A DNA stretch of 64,000 nt from Candidatus Magasanikiibacteriota bacterium (GCA_021648085.1 JAKITS010000001.1:196948-260947), one strand, 5' to 3'. Shown: positions 39,333 to 48,552, counted from the first letter of the stretch. Numbers and translations: made by a program. Notes: generated from the sequence alone by a model not told the origin.

Positions 39333-40067
39333 ATGAAATGTAGACTATGTAAAAAAGACAAAAGTTTAATAAAAGCACATATCATACCTAAAACTTTTTA
39401 TGATTTTCTTTATCCGTCAGATGATAATAGTTCTTTAATAATGGTTAGGAAAAATAAACATATTAAAAGAAGACCAGTTGGAAGTTATGACATGAATATA
39501 TTGTGTAAAGATTGCGATAGTGATCTTGGTTTATATGATGAATATGGTAAAAAAGTTTTTTTAGAAAAAAAATTAGAAAAACATCCACAGACTGAAAGCG
39601 CGTTTATAATTAGAGATGTGGATTATGAAAAATTAAGTTTTTTCATAATTTCCTTATTGTGGAGAGCTGGTATATCTTCTTTGGATGAGTATGGGTTTGT
39701 TCAATTAAATAAATATGAGGAAATATTGAGGGACATAATCTATAATAAAAAATATAAAAAGTTAATAGATTATCCGTTTATTATTACTCAATTTGAAAAA
39801 GATGGTTTAGATGGGATTGTGGATAAAAGTTTTCTTAATCCAGTTAAGTTATATATGGATAAAAGACGTTTTTATCTTTTTTATTTACCAAATTGTTATA
39901 GTATTTATATTAAAGTTGATAAACAAAAAATGCAAAGTAGTTTTTCAAAAATAGCTTTTAAAAAAGATGGTAATTTATTTATAATTAATAGGGGAAAGTA
40001 TAAAAACTCTAAAGAATTTAAATTAATTGTGGATATAGTTAAATCTGGATTTACGCCACAAACATAG
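39333..40067 (+). CDS. HNH-family endonuclease domain protein with about 180-aa C-terminal domain
   Basis: CRLCKKDKSLIKAHIIPK ... NILCKDCDSDLG = CxxC..H(I)IP..N..LCxxC HNH zinc-finger pattern; 15 nt after preceding gene. Confidence 0.6.
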   Translation: MKCRLCKKDKSLIKAHIIPKTFYDFLYPSDDNSSLIMVRKNKHIKRRPVGSYDMNILCKDCDSDLGLYDEYGKKVFLEKKLEKHPQTESAFIIRDVDYEKLSFFIISLLWRAGISSLDEYGFVQLNKYEEILRDIIYNKKYKKLIDYPFIITQFEKDGLDGIVDKSFLNPVKLYMDKRRFYLFYLPNCYSIYIKVDKQKMQSSFSKIAFKKDGNLFIINRGKYKNSKEFKLIVDIVKSGFTPQT

Positions 40068-40202
40068 AATTGATTAAAAAATATGAATACAACAATAATA
40101 CAATCAGCACCAAATCAATATAATATAATGTTAATGAATTACGCAGAAATTGTTGAAAAGACTAATTAGCAATTAAGTTTTTGGTTTAATCCTTATGCTA
40201 TT

Positions 40203-40676
40203 ATGGTAGCTGTTTTGGCTGTACTGTTTACTATTGGAGCGATTATTGCTGCGATTATTATTCATCTAAATAATAAAAAGCACAAACAGAGGACGGAAGA
40301 CTTTTTTAAAGAACAAGAGATAATTTATAAAAAAAGACAAGAAGAGATTAAAAAAGATTTTGATATTTTAATTAAAGTAAAAGAAAAAGAATATAGAAAA
40401 GCAGAAAAAAAAGACAGAAAAGAAATAAAAAAAGAAATTATAGAATTGAAGAAAGATAAAATATCCATAGGTTTTTATAGGATACCCGAAGCCGTGGAAG
40501 ATAGCATTAATAATATTAGAAGTAAATATGGAGTTGGATATAGAATTTGTAAAACTAAATGTTTTGGCTGTAAAGAAAATTTTCAATATAAAGATGAAAC
40601 AATAAACAATATTGTACAGGTGGTAGGGAGTAAAAAAGTTTTCTGTCCTTATTGTGGGGCTGAAAATTTTATATAA
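40203..40676 (+). CDS. membrane-anchored coiled-coil protein with C-terminal zinc ribbon
   Basis: N-terminal TM, K/E-rich coiled coil, CKTKCFGC..x20..CPYCG. Confidence 0.5.
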   Translation: MVAVLAVLFTIGAIIAAIIIHLNNKKHKQRTEDFFKEQEIIYKKRQEEIKKDFDILIKVKEKEYRKAEKKDRKEIKKEIIELKKDKISIGFYRIPEAVEDSINNIRSKYGVGYRICKTKCFGCKENFQYKDETINNIVQVVGSKKVFCPYCGAENFI

Positions 40677-40689
40677 TTTTTAAAAAGCA

Positions 40690-40717
40690 AAAGACAAGTC
40701 TTTTAAAACTTGTCTTT
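40690..40717. terminator. bidirectional rho-independent terminator
   Basis: aaagacaagt-cttttaaaa-cttgtcttt. Confidence 0.7.
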
Positions 40718-40725
40718 ATGCTTGT

Positions 40726-40869
40726 CTACTTTTTCTGTTTCTTTTTTGGTGCACGCTGTGACATTGCACTTCCTGCTGCTGTTTTAGAATGTTTACTTGT
40801 TCTTTTATCTCTAAGAACTTTGCTTGCAGCTTTGCCAGCTTTTTTGCTGGTTTTTCTGTTTTTTGCCAT
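40726..40869 (-). CDS. small lysine-rich basic protein (47 aa), not in ORF track
   Basis: Reverse-strand ATG 40867-40869 to TAG 40726-40728: MAKNRKTSKKAGKAASKVLRDKRTSKHSKTAAGSAMSQRAPKKKQKK; followed by terminator hairpin. Confidence 0.45.
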   Translation of the reverse strand: MAKNRKTSKKAGKAASKVLRDKRTSKHSKTAAGSAMSQRAPKKKQKK

Positions 40870-41022
40870 AATCTTTGTATTACAGATTAATAAAACTACC
40901 ATTTCAACTTTTAAGCATATTTTTTATGTATCCACGACAAACATAAAAAAGTGCAATAGTAATGATTTTAGTATATAAAGGATTGGTTTAAATGTCAAGA
41001 AAAATAAGACTTACTTAATTAT

Positions 41023-41049
41023 TGACAAAATAATATTTTATGGTATAAT
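41023..41049 (+). promoter_or_regulatory. putative sigma-70 promoter of lexA-like gene
   Basis: TTGACA(41023-41028)-15/16 bp-TATAAT(41044-41049). Confidence 0.4.
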
Positions 41050-41078
41050 AAAGATAATAAATAATTTGAAGTAGAAAT

Positions 41079-41849
41079 ATGCACCATCTTCAAGAAAAAA
41101 TTCTCAATCTTTTGGAAACAAAAGATATTTCTGGTTTATCACTTAGAGAAATTGCCAAATTGATAAACGAAACAGGAAGTCCGCAAAAAATAAAACATCA
41201 TTTGGATCAGCTCGCAAAAAGAGGGCTTATTTTTGTGGACAAAAAAAATAAAGAAATTAAAAAAATAAAACCCGGAATGGACAAAAAAACTCAAATTATT
41301 TCTTTGCCTATTTTGGGAAGTGCAAATTGTGGTGTAGCGACATATTTTGCAGAAAATCATGTAGAAGGATATTTGAAAGTGACCAAAAATATTTTGGGCG
41401 AACTTGCCAAAAGAATCGAAAGCTTGTTTGTGTTACGTGCAGTTGGCTCTTCTATGAATCGTGCTAATATTCGTGGAAATAGTATTGAAGATGGAGATTA
41501 TGTGATTGTGGATAGTGAAAAAAAAGAGCTAGAAAGTGGTTTATATATGGTTTCTATTATTAATGATGTCGCAAATATAAAAAAAGTTTTTTTTGACAAA
41601 AAAAATAGGCAAATAGTTTTAATGTCTGAGTCAAACCAAGATATTACACCAATATATATACACAAAAAAGATTTAAATGAATATTTAATTGCTGGAACTG
41701 TGGTAAAAATTATGAAAAATCCCACAGAAGAAAATTTAAATATGTTTAGCGATATTTCTGCAATTGATTCTTTAAAAAATCTAGGTTCTTTGTCCAGTGA
41801 GGAAGAATCTTATTATAATAATGCTGATAATTTTAAGAAATATGCGTAA
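41079..41849 (+). CDS. LexA-like repressor (winged-helix DNA-binding domain + S24 peptidase domain)
   Basis: N-terminus LSLREIAKLINETGSPQKIKHHLDQLAKRGLIF resembles LexA DNA-binding domain; C-terminal AVGSSM..DGDYVIV..IKKV matches the S24 Ser/Lys dyad region; acidic C-terminal tail. Confidence 0.65.
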   Translation: MHHLQEKILNLLETKDISGLSLREIAKLINETGSPQKIKHHLDQLAKRGLIFVDKKNKEIKKIKPGMDKKTQIISLPILGSANCGVATYFAENHVEGYLKVTKNILGELAKRIESLFVLRAVGSSMNRANIRGNSIEDGDYVIVDSEKKELESGLYMVSIINDVANIKKVFFDKKNRQIVLMSESNQDITPIYIHKKDLNEYLIAGTVVKIMKNPTEENLNMFSDISAIDSLKNLGSLSSEEESYYNNADNFKKYA

Positions 41850-42195
41850 TCCGGATTTGAAACAAGGTGATATTTATTTAGTTGATTTTAGTGAAAATTC
41901 AGTTGGGCATGAGTATCAGAAAAAACGTCCTGCAATTATTATTCAATCAAATTTACAAATAAAAAAGTCAAATCTTGTGACAATTATGCCATTATCTACA
42001 AAATTGGATAAAGCTTTAAAAGAAGATATTTTGGTTGAAAAAGATAATAATAATTTATTATTACATGATTCTGTGATAAAAGTGCAACATATTATTTCTT
42101 TTGATCCTGTTAGATTTTCTCATAAAATTGGAGAGGTAAAAAAAGAAGTTCTTAGTGAAATTAAGAACTATTTAACCAAACACTTTGATTTGTAA
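41842..42195 (+). CDS. MazF/PemK family toxin (endoribonuclease)
   Basis: MRNPDLKQGDIYLVDFSENSVGHEYQKKRPAIIIQSN..VTIMPLSTK classic PemK/MazF signature; ORF track start 41797 but Met at 41842 overlaps the lexA-like stop by 8 nt (ATGCGTAA). Confidence 0.7.
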   Translation: MRNPDLKQGDIYLVDFSENSVGHEYQKKRPAIIIQSNLQIKKSNLVTIMPLSTKLDKALKEDILVEKDNNNLLLHDSVIKVQHIISFDPVRFSHKIGEVKKEVLSEIKNYLTKHFDL

Positions 42196-42199
42196 ACTC

Positions 42200-42913
42200 T
42201 TAAATAGGAGCAAAGAAAGTTTTCACCTGCCCAAAATTAGGCCTGCTATTTGGTGAAACTCGCTCGTATAGAAAGTGGGGGATGCCGATGTCGGCGATGA
42301 AGATTTTTCCACTTTTTGATTTTGCTTTGTTTTTGGTAAATGCTTTTTTTGGTAGTGCTAGGCTAAGTGTGGCATAAGCGCGAATGTGTGGCTCAAAGCA
42401 TTCTCCGGTGGTTGGGTCTATTCCAGTTGGAATGTCGTAGCAAATGACATTCTTTTTTGTTTTATTTATCATTTCTATTATTTTGGCAAAGTTATCACGC
42501 GGTGCACCTTTCAAATTGTACCCAATCAAGGCGTCTATAATTAGTGTGCTAGAGTTTATTAATTTTTCTATTTCATCTTGCTTTTCCAAATTTTTGACTG
42601 TCAAAATATTTGCGTCTATTTTTTGTAATAAATCTAAATGGTGTTTTGCTTGCGTTGTTATGTTTTTAGACATTAAAATAATGGATGTTCTAAATCCGTG
42701 ATTTAACAAATGCCGTGCTGCACATAAACCATTTCCACCTTTGTTGCCAGTACCACAAACTACAACAATATGAGATTTTTTGGAGATACTCATACTTGTG
42801 ATGAGTGGCAACATGTGCCAACCAGCCAGCTCCATCATCTGCATTACGCAAAGACCGTTTTCTACTGCGATCTTGTCTAAAAACTGCATTTCTTTCGCTG
42901 TGGCAAAATACAT
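42200..42913 (-). CDS. NAD(P)H-hydrate epimerase (YjeF N-terminal domain)
   Basis: VVVCGTGNKGGNGL motif; start trimmed to MYFATAKEMQFLD (ORF track 42991). Confidence 0.7.
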   Translation of the reverse strand: MYFATAKEMQFLDKIAVENGLCVMQMMELAGWHMLPLITSMSISKKSHIVVVCGTGNKGGNGLCAARHLLNHGFRTSIILMSKNITTQAKHHLDLLQKIDANILTVKNLEKQDEIEKLINSSTLIIDALIGYNLKGAPRDNFAKIIEMINKTKKNVICYDIPTGIDPTTGECFEPHIRAYATLSLALPKKAFTKNKAKSKSGKIFIADIGIPHFLYERVSPNSRPNFGQVKTFFAPI

Positions 42914-43034
42914 ATGGTTGTTTGTTAAAAGTTTGTGGTTAAAAAAAGTTTTAGTGGATTGTTTAAAAAGCAGATTAGGCAGAGTAAGCAAAAAGTGCGA
43001 GTGTTTTGGTTTGATTATTTATATTTGGTGATAT

Positions 43035-43138
43035 TGTACGGGGATCCATTCGACCCCATTTCGTTCCGCTCAGGATGACATATTTTTATTCACGTCATAT
43101 TGAGCGAAGTGAAACGGAGTCGAAATATCCCGGTGCAG
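43035..43138. repeat. REP-like family A inverted pair
   Basis: tgtacggggatccattcgaccccatttcgttccgctcaggatgacat ... cgtcatattgagcgaagtgaaacggagtcgaaatatcccggtgcag. Confidence 0.85.
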
Positions 43139-43205
43139 TGTCACTATTTTTGTAAGTAATTAAAATAAAGTGTTAGTCCTGTTTTTTCTTGTTCTTTTAA
43201 AAAAA

Positions 43206-44525
43206 TTATTTCAATAACTTTTTTGTCTCAATTTTATAATTTTCTACATTTGGTTGATCAAAAGTGTTTAGGTCCATAAGTTTTCCCAAAAGCATTATTT
43301 CTATCATTTTGAACTGCATAAATTCTCCAAATGATTTTGGATTTAGCTCGTCCAAAACAACTTCGCAAAATGGCAAATTTCTTTTTTTGTAAGCTATTTT
43401 TGTGCCGTTCATAATTGCAGTCATAATCTGCAAAGCACTTTTTCCGGTTATATTTTCTGCAAGTTCTGGAAATCTTCGTTTTTTTGGAATTTGCACATCT
43501 ACCCAATTTTTCTTTATTTCTACAAAAGTTGTAGTTTTGTTTATTGGTCCGCCCAAATAAAGTTGACCCACAGAATGCAGGTCTGTAGAACCCACAGAAA
43601 CAATTGGTAAAATTCCGGCGTTTACTTTTTTTCCTCGTTTACTTTTTTCTTTTCCTATACTTTCTGCCAAAAGCTGTCTATACCATTTTCCCAAAGATTC
43701 CAATTCTGGGTTGAATACAAAAGTATCTGTAATTTCTAGGCCTTTTTTATAATATTCGTACAAAATTATGGCAGATTGTAAGGCAGGATTTTTGGTAATA
43801 TCAAAATGCGTACAGCGGCTTCGCATTAGTTTTGCGCCGTTTAGTAGTTGTTTTATATCTACTCCTAAAACGGCAAGAGGAAAAAGTCCAACAGCAGAAA
43901 ATACAGAAAATCTACCTCCAACTTTCTGCGGAATTGCTAATGTAGATATTCCTTTTTTTTGTGCTATTAGCCAAAGTTTGGATTGGTAGTCTGTGGTAAT
44001 TACAAATCGGTCTAATGATTTTGGAAACTTTTTTGAAAACATTTTGGCGACAATTTCTAGGTTTGCAATAGTTTCAGTTGTTTCGCCAGATTTACTGATT
44101 GCGTTTATCAAAAATTCATTTTTATCTTTTGAACTGTGGATAAGTTTTCCAAGCTTTTCTATAAATACAGGATTGTTGGTATCTAGGAAAATCATCTTTG
44201 GTGCTCTATTTTCCAAAATATCAAAATGTCCATAAAGTGCATCGTAAATTGCTTTTGTTCCCAAATTTGAACCGCCAATTCCTATTACAATTATATATTT
44301 CAATTTTGCACTAGATTTTTTATTTGCCATTTCCAAAACTTTCCCCAGAGTATTTCTGTCAAAAGGGCAGTTGATAGAACTTTCTAAATAATCGTAAGAA
44401 TTTCTATCTATAACTTCTTGCAAAAGCTTAAAATAAACAGAGAGTTTCCCTATATGTTTTTTGAATATTCTTTCTGAAATTCTAGAATTTTTGTGTATAA
44501 ATTTCATATATCTTAATTTTAACAT
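43206..44525 (-). CDS. pgi: glucose-6-phosphate isomerase
   Basis: IGIGGSNLGTKAIYDAL, sugar-isomerase domain motifs; alternative start Met at 44507. Confidence 0.85.
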   Translation of the reverse strand: MLKLRYMKFIHKNSRISERIFKKHIGKLSVYFKLLQEVIDRNSYDYLESSINCPFDRNTLGKVLEMANKKSSAKLKYIIVIGIGGSNLGTKAIYDALYGHFDILENRAPKMIFLDTNNPVFIEKLGKLIHSSKDKNEFLINAISKSGETTETIANLEIVAKMFSKKFPKSLDRFVITTDYQSKLWLIAQKKGISTLAIPQKVGGRFSVFSAVGLFPLAVLGVDIKQLLNGAKLMRSRCTHFDITKNPALQSAIILYEYYKKGLEITDTFVFNPELESLGKWYRQLLAESIGKEKSKRGKKVNAGILPIVSVGSTDLHSVGQLYLGGPINKTTTFVEIKKNWVDVQIPKKRRFPELAENITGKSALQIMTAIMNGTKIAYKKRNLPFCEVVLDELNPKSFGEFMQFKMIEIMLLGKLMDLNTFDQPNVENYKIETKKLLK

Positions 44526-44527
44526 TT

Positions 44528-44830
44528 TTGGGGCTTAATCACAAAATGATGTATAATAAAACTGTTAACAATATTATTTTATTTTTAATCATTTATATGC
44601 CATATAGAAATAAAAAATTTCGTATTTTGGAGTTCGTTTTAATTGGGGTAGTAATGGGAACAGTAGAAGATTTGTTGGCTGTTGTGCTCGCAACAGACGC
44701 AACATTTAGTTGGAGAATTATGTGGGTTGTTTTGGCAGTTTCAATTCCATTTGCGCTTATTACCGAGTTGGTTGTAGATCACCCAGGTTTTTGGAAAATA
44801 TTTTTTAAAAACGGAAAAAAGAAAAAATAA
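44528..44830 (+). CDS. small membrane protein with VIT-like motif
   Basis: 100 aa; GTVEDLLAVVLA resembles the G.EDsL.S motif of the following VIT-family gene. Confidence 0.35.
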   Translation: MGLNHKMMYNKTVNNIILFLIIYMPYRNKKFRILEFVLIGVVMGTVEDLLAVVLATDATFSWRIMWVVLAVSIPFALITELVVDHPGFWKIFFKNGKKKK

Positions 44831-44833
44831 AAT

Positions 44834-45349
44834 ATGGCAAAGTTTTCTAGAAAGACCTACGCGCTTTATGTAAAAAATTTTATATTTGGAGTAGAGGATA
44901 GCTTGGTTTCCACAATTGGGCTTATTTCTGGTGTGGCTATTACTGGTGTAGCTCGTGGTACTATTATTATCACAGGAATTATTTTGATATTTGTAGAGGC
45001 TACATCTATGGGTATTGGTAGTCTTTTGTCCGAGCACACAGCAGAGGAATACAGCAAAAAGAAAAATACACCTTTTGGGACTTCAATAGTTGCCGGCTCT
45101 ATAATGTTTGTCTCTTATTTTTTGGCAGGTTTTATTCCACTTTCACCATATCTTTTTTTAGAGTCTATGACAGCATTTTGGGTTTCAATAGTTTTTTCTC
45201 TCGTAGCACTTTTTGTTTTGGGAGTGGTTAGTGGTAAAATATTTAAAATTAATAAAATTAGAAAAGGTTTAGAAATGCTTTTGCTTGGTGGTTTGGGGGT
45301 TTTGGTTGGAGTAATCGTGGGTGTGATTGTCCAGAATTATCTTATTTAA
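44834..45349 (+). CDS. VIT1/CCC1 family (DUF125) membrane protein
   Basis: FGVEDSLVSTIGLISGVA motif and multi-TM topology. Confidence 0.6.
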   Translation: MAKFSRKTYALYVKNFIFGVEDSLVSTIGLISGVAITGVARGTIIITGIILIFVEATSMGIGSLLSEHTAEEYSKKKNTPFGTSIVAGSIMFVSYFLAGFIPLSPYLFLESMTAFWVSIVFSLVALFVLGVVSGKIFKINKIRKGLEMLLLGGLGVLVGVIVGVIVQNYLI

Positions 45350-45352
45350 TAT

Positions 45353-46747
45353 ATGGAAAGACTTTTGGCTATAAGTCCTATAGATGGAAGGTATAAAAAT
45401 AAAACAAATGAATTAAGCAAAATTTGTAGTGAGTTCGGTTTAATTTCATATAGAGTAAAGGTGGAGATAAAATATTTAATAATGCTTTCAGAGCACGCCC
45501 AAATAGGCGTGCGCTTATTTTCAAAGGAGGAAAATTTTTTATTAAAAGAATTACAAAATTTAACATTAGAAGATGCAAATATTGTAAAAGAATTAGAAGA
45601 GACAGGATATAAGGAAATATTAGCCACAAGACATGATGTAAAATCAGTTGAGTATTTTATTAAAAATAAATTAAAAAATAGCTCACTTTCAGATGTGTCA
45701 GAATGGGTTCATTTTGGTTTAACATCAGAAGATATAAATAATATTTCTTATGCTTTGATGATACGAGATTCATTGGAATCTGTAATACTTCCTTTTATTG
45801 AAAATATAATGAATGAAATTTCTATTTTTTCTAAAGAAAATCGTTTTATTTCCATTTTAGCCAGAACACATGGTCAACCAGCATCTCCTACAACTTTTGG
45901 TAAAGAATTTAAAGTTTATTTGAGTAGACTACAAAGACAGTTTGAAATAATAAAGAAAAATCAAATTTTAGTAAAGTTAAATGGTGCAACAGGAAATTAT
46001 AATGCACATTATAGTGCTTATCCAAATGTAAATTGGTTGAAATTTAGTAAGGATTTTGTGGAAGTTTTAAATAAAAATAATTTTCTAAAGTTAGAACTTA
46101 ATTCTTTTACTACTCAAATAGAACCACAAGATAGTTTTATAGAAATATTTGATGCATTGCGTAGAGTAAATACAATTTTAATAGATTTTTCTCAAGATTT
46201 GTGGAGGTATATAAGTGATGGTTGGCTTACACAAAAAATAATAATAGGAGAGGTTGGATCTTCCACAATGCCGCACAAAGTAAATCCTATTGATTTTGAA
46301 AATGCCGAAGGAAATTTAAGTATAGCAAATAGTATGTTTACTTTTTTTTCACAAAAATTACCAATTTCTAGACTTCAACGAGATCTGTCAAATTCTACTG
46401 TTCAAAGAAATTTTGGTGTTGCTTTTTCTCATTGCCTTATTTCGTACAAATCATTATTAAAAGGACTTTCAAAAATTGCTATAAATTATAAAAAAGTTTC
46501 AGATGAATTAGAAAAACACCCAGAAGTTTTAACAGAAGCAATTCAAACAGTTTTACGCAGAGAGGGAGTAAAAGCACCTTATGAACAACTTAAAAAATTA
46601 TCTCGTGGAACTGGTGAAATACGACTTATAGACTTGCATTTATTTATAGATAGTTTGGAAATAAGTGTTAATATAAAAAGAGAATTAAAATGTTTTTTAC
46701 CTTCTAGTTATATAGGCTTGGCAGAACATTTAACTAATTTAAATTAA
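45353..46747 (+). CDS. purB: adenylosuccinate lyase
   Basis: SPIDGRY N-terminus, fumarate-lyase signature GSSTMPHKVNPIDFEN. Confidence 0.85.
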   Translation: MERLLAISPIDGRYKNKTNELSKICSEFGLISYRVKVEIKYLIMLSEHAQIGVRLFSKEENFLLKELQNLTLEDANIVKELEETGYKEILATRHDVKSVEYFIKNKLKNSSLSDVSEWVHFGLTSEDINNISYALMIRDSLESVILPFIENIMNEISIFSKENRFISILARTHGQPASPTTFGKEFKVYLSRLQRQFEIIKKNQILVKLNGATGNYNAHYSAYPNVNWLKFSKDFVEVLNKNNFLKLELNSFTTQIEPQDSFIEIFDALRRVNTILIDFSQDLWRYISDGWLTQKIIIGEVGSSTMPHKVNPIDFENAEGNLSIANSMFTFFSQKLPISRLQRDLSNSTVQRNFGVAFSHCLISYKSLLKGLSKIAINYKKVSDELEKHPEVLTEAIQTVLRREGVKAPYEQLKKLSRGTGEIRLIDLHLFIDSLEISVNIKRELKCFLPSSYIGLAEHLTNLN

Positions 46748-46753
46748 AAAAAT

Positions 46754-47728
46754 ATGTACGATATAATTTCAATAGGGGATACAACGACAGATGTTTTTTT
46801 GGAGATAGATCAGGCGACAGTAAATTGTAAGATTAAAAAAGATATTTGCCAGCTTTGTGTTGATTATGCAGATAAAATACCAGTAAATAAAATAATTCGC
46901 CTGCACGGAGTAGGAAATGCAGCGAATTCTGCTGTTGGTGCGTCTAGACTTGGGTTAAAAACTGCAATCTATACTGTCGTTGGAAATGATATTGGTGGAA
47001 AAGAGGCAAAAAAGAATTTTACAAAAGAAAAGGTTTCAAGTAAATTTTTGAAAATAGATAAAACTAAGCCTACAAATTATTCTACGGTTTTGAATTTTGA
47101 TGGAGAGCGAACAATTTTTGTTTATCATGAGTCGCGTGAATATAAATTGCCAAAATTTGGAAAATCTAAATGGATTTATTTTACTTCGCTAGCCTTCGGA
47201 CATAAACCACTTCACAAACAATTATTAAATTATTTAGAAAAAAGTGGAGCAAAACTTGCGTTTAATCCGGGGACTTTTCAAATAAAGGAAGGTTTAAAAG
47301 TTTTGAAGCCTATTTTAAAGAAAACAGAAGTTTTGTCTGTAAACAAGCGTGAGGCACAAATTTTATTAAAAAATAATAGTAGTGTGCCTATTTTGTTAAA
47401 AGAATTTTATAATTTGGGAGTAAAGAAGGTGGTAATAACAGACGGGCCAAAAGGGTCTTATACTTATAATGGAGAGGATATGTATAAAATGGGTATTTTT
47501 GATACTCCAATTTTAGAGAGGACTGGAGCTGGAGATGCGTACACAATAGCTTTTGTAAGCGCATTAGTTTTGGAAAATAACATAAAAACAGCAATGCGAT
47601 GGGGAACATTTAACGCATCTTCTGTAGTACAACATCTGGGTGCACAAGCGGGATTATTAAATTTGGATGGTATAAAGAAAATGATTAAAAATAATAAGAA
47701 CATTAAACCTCAAAAAATAGAAAAATAG
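46754..47728 (+). CDS. PfkB-family carbohydrate/nucleoside kinase
   Basis: GG..N.A and DGPKG..TGAGDAYTIAFV (PfkB signature 2). Confidence 0.7.
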   Translation: MYDIISIGDTTTDVFLEIDQATVNCKIKKDICQLCVDYADKIPVNKIIRLHGVGNAANSAVGASRLGLKTAIYTVVGNDIGGKEAKKNFTKEKVSSKFLKIDKTKPTNYSTVLNFDGERTIFVYHESREYKLPKFGKSKWIYFTSLAFGHKPLHKQLLNYLEKSGAKLAFNPGTFQIKEGLKVLKPILKKTEVLSVNKREAQILLKNNSSVPILLKEFYNLGVKKVVITDGPKGSYTYNGEDMYKMGIFDTPILERTGAGDAYTIAFVSALVLENNIKTAMRWGTFNASSVVQHLGAQAGLLNLDGIKKMIKNNKNIKPQKIEK

Positions 47729-47790
47729 AAAGTCTTGCTTTTATTTTTTAGATAGTGTTATACTTAGAATTCATTAAATAATAAATATTT

Positions 47791-48552
47791 TTGCGTATGG
47801 ACAACAAACAAGGAAATGGCTCTATTTTTGAATCACTTTCTCCGGGAAAGGTTTTTGCATCTGGGCTTGTAATTGGAATATTAGTTTTGTGTACGATTGG
47901 TTTTTTTATTTTGCTTGGAGTTTATGTAAACGGAGATAATGCAAAAGTAGATGTTAATAATAACAGAAATCAACAAGTAGGCACAGAAGATGTTGGTAAT
48001 AAGAAAATTGCAATTCGTAGTGTTACAAAAAAAGATCATATTCGTGGAGATAAAAATGCAAAAGTGACAATCGTAGAATATTCAGATTTAGAATGTCCGT
48101 TTTGTAAGAGATTTCATAATACAATGTTAGAGGTAATGGACAAGTTTGATGGCGATGTAAAATGGGTTTTTAGACATTTTCCATTGGATAGTTTGCACAG
48201 ACAAGCGCGTGCTGAAGCAAACGCATCAGAGTGTGCAGGAGAACAAGATAAATTTTGGGAATTTATTGATCTAATAAATGAGGTAACTCCTTCAAATGAT
48301 GGTTTGGATTTAGATAAACTTCCAGAATATGCACAGCAAGTCGGTGTGAAAAATATAAGCAAATTTACAGAATGCGTGGAAAGTGGAAAATACGACAACA
48401 AAGTAAACGATGACTTTTTGGATGGTCAAAAAGCTGGAATTCGAGGAACTCCTTATAGTGTGGCAATTGGACCAAACGGAGAAATGGTAGAAATTTCTGG
48501 AGCTCAACCATTTAGTTCACTAGAGCAAACTATAAATTCACTTTTGAAGTAA
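47791..48552 (+). CDS. DsbA-like thiol:disulfide oxidoreductase (membrane-anchored)
   Basis: N-terminal TM, thioredoxin CPFC active site (DLECPFCKRFH). Confidence 0.8.
   Translation: MRMDNKQGNGSIFESLSPGKVFASGLVIGILVLCTIGFFILLGVYVNGDNAKVDVNNNRNQQVGTEDVGNKKIAIRSVTKKDHIRGDKNAKVTIVEYSDLECPFCKRFHNTMLEVMDKFDGDVKWVFRHFPLDSLHRQARAEANASECAGEQDKFWEFIDLINEVTPSNDGLDLDKLPEYAQQVGVKNISKFTECVESGKYDNKVNDDFLDGQKAGIRGTPYSVAIGPNGEMVEISGAQPFSSLEQTINSLLK

Noticed and set aside
40718-40978. 86-aa plus-strand ORF (MLVYFFCFFFGARCDIALPAAV...)
   Set aside because: Low-complexity hydrophobic translation of the antisense of a more plausible K-rich small protein gene (40726-40869, minus strand) and of a terminator hairpin.
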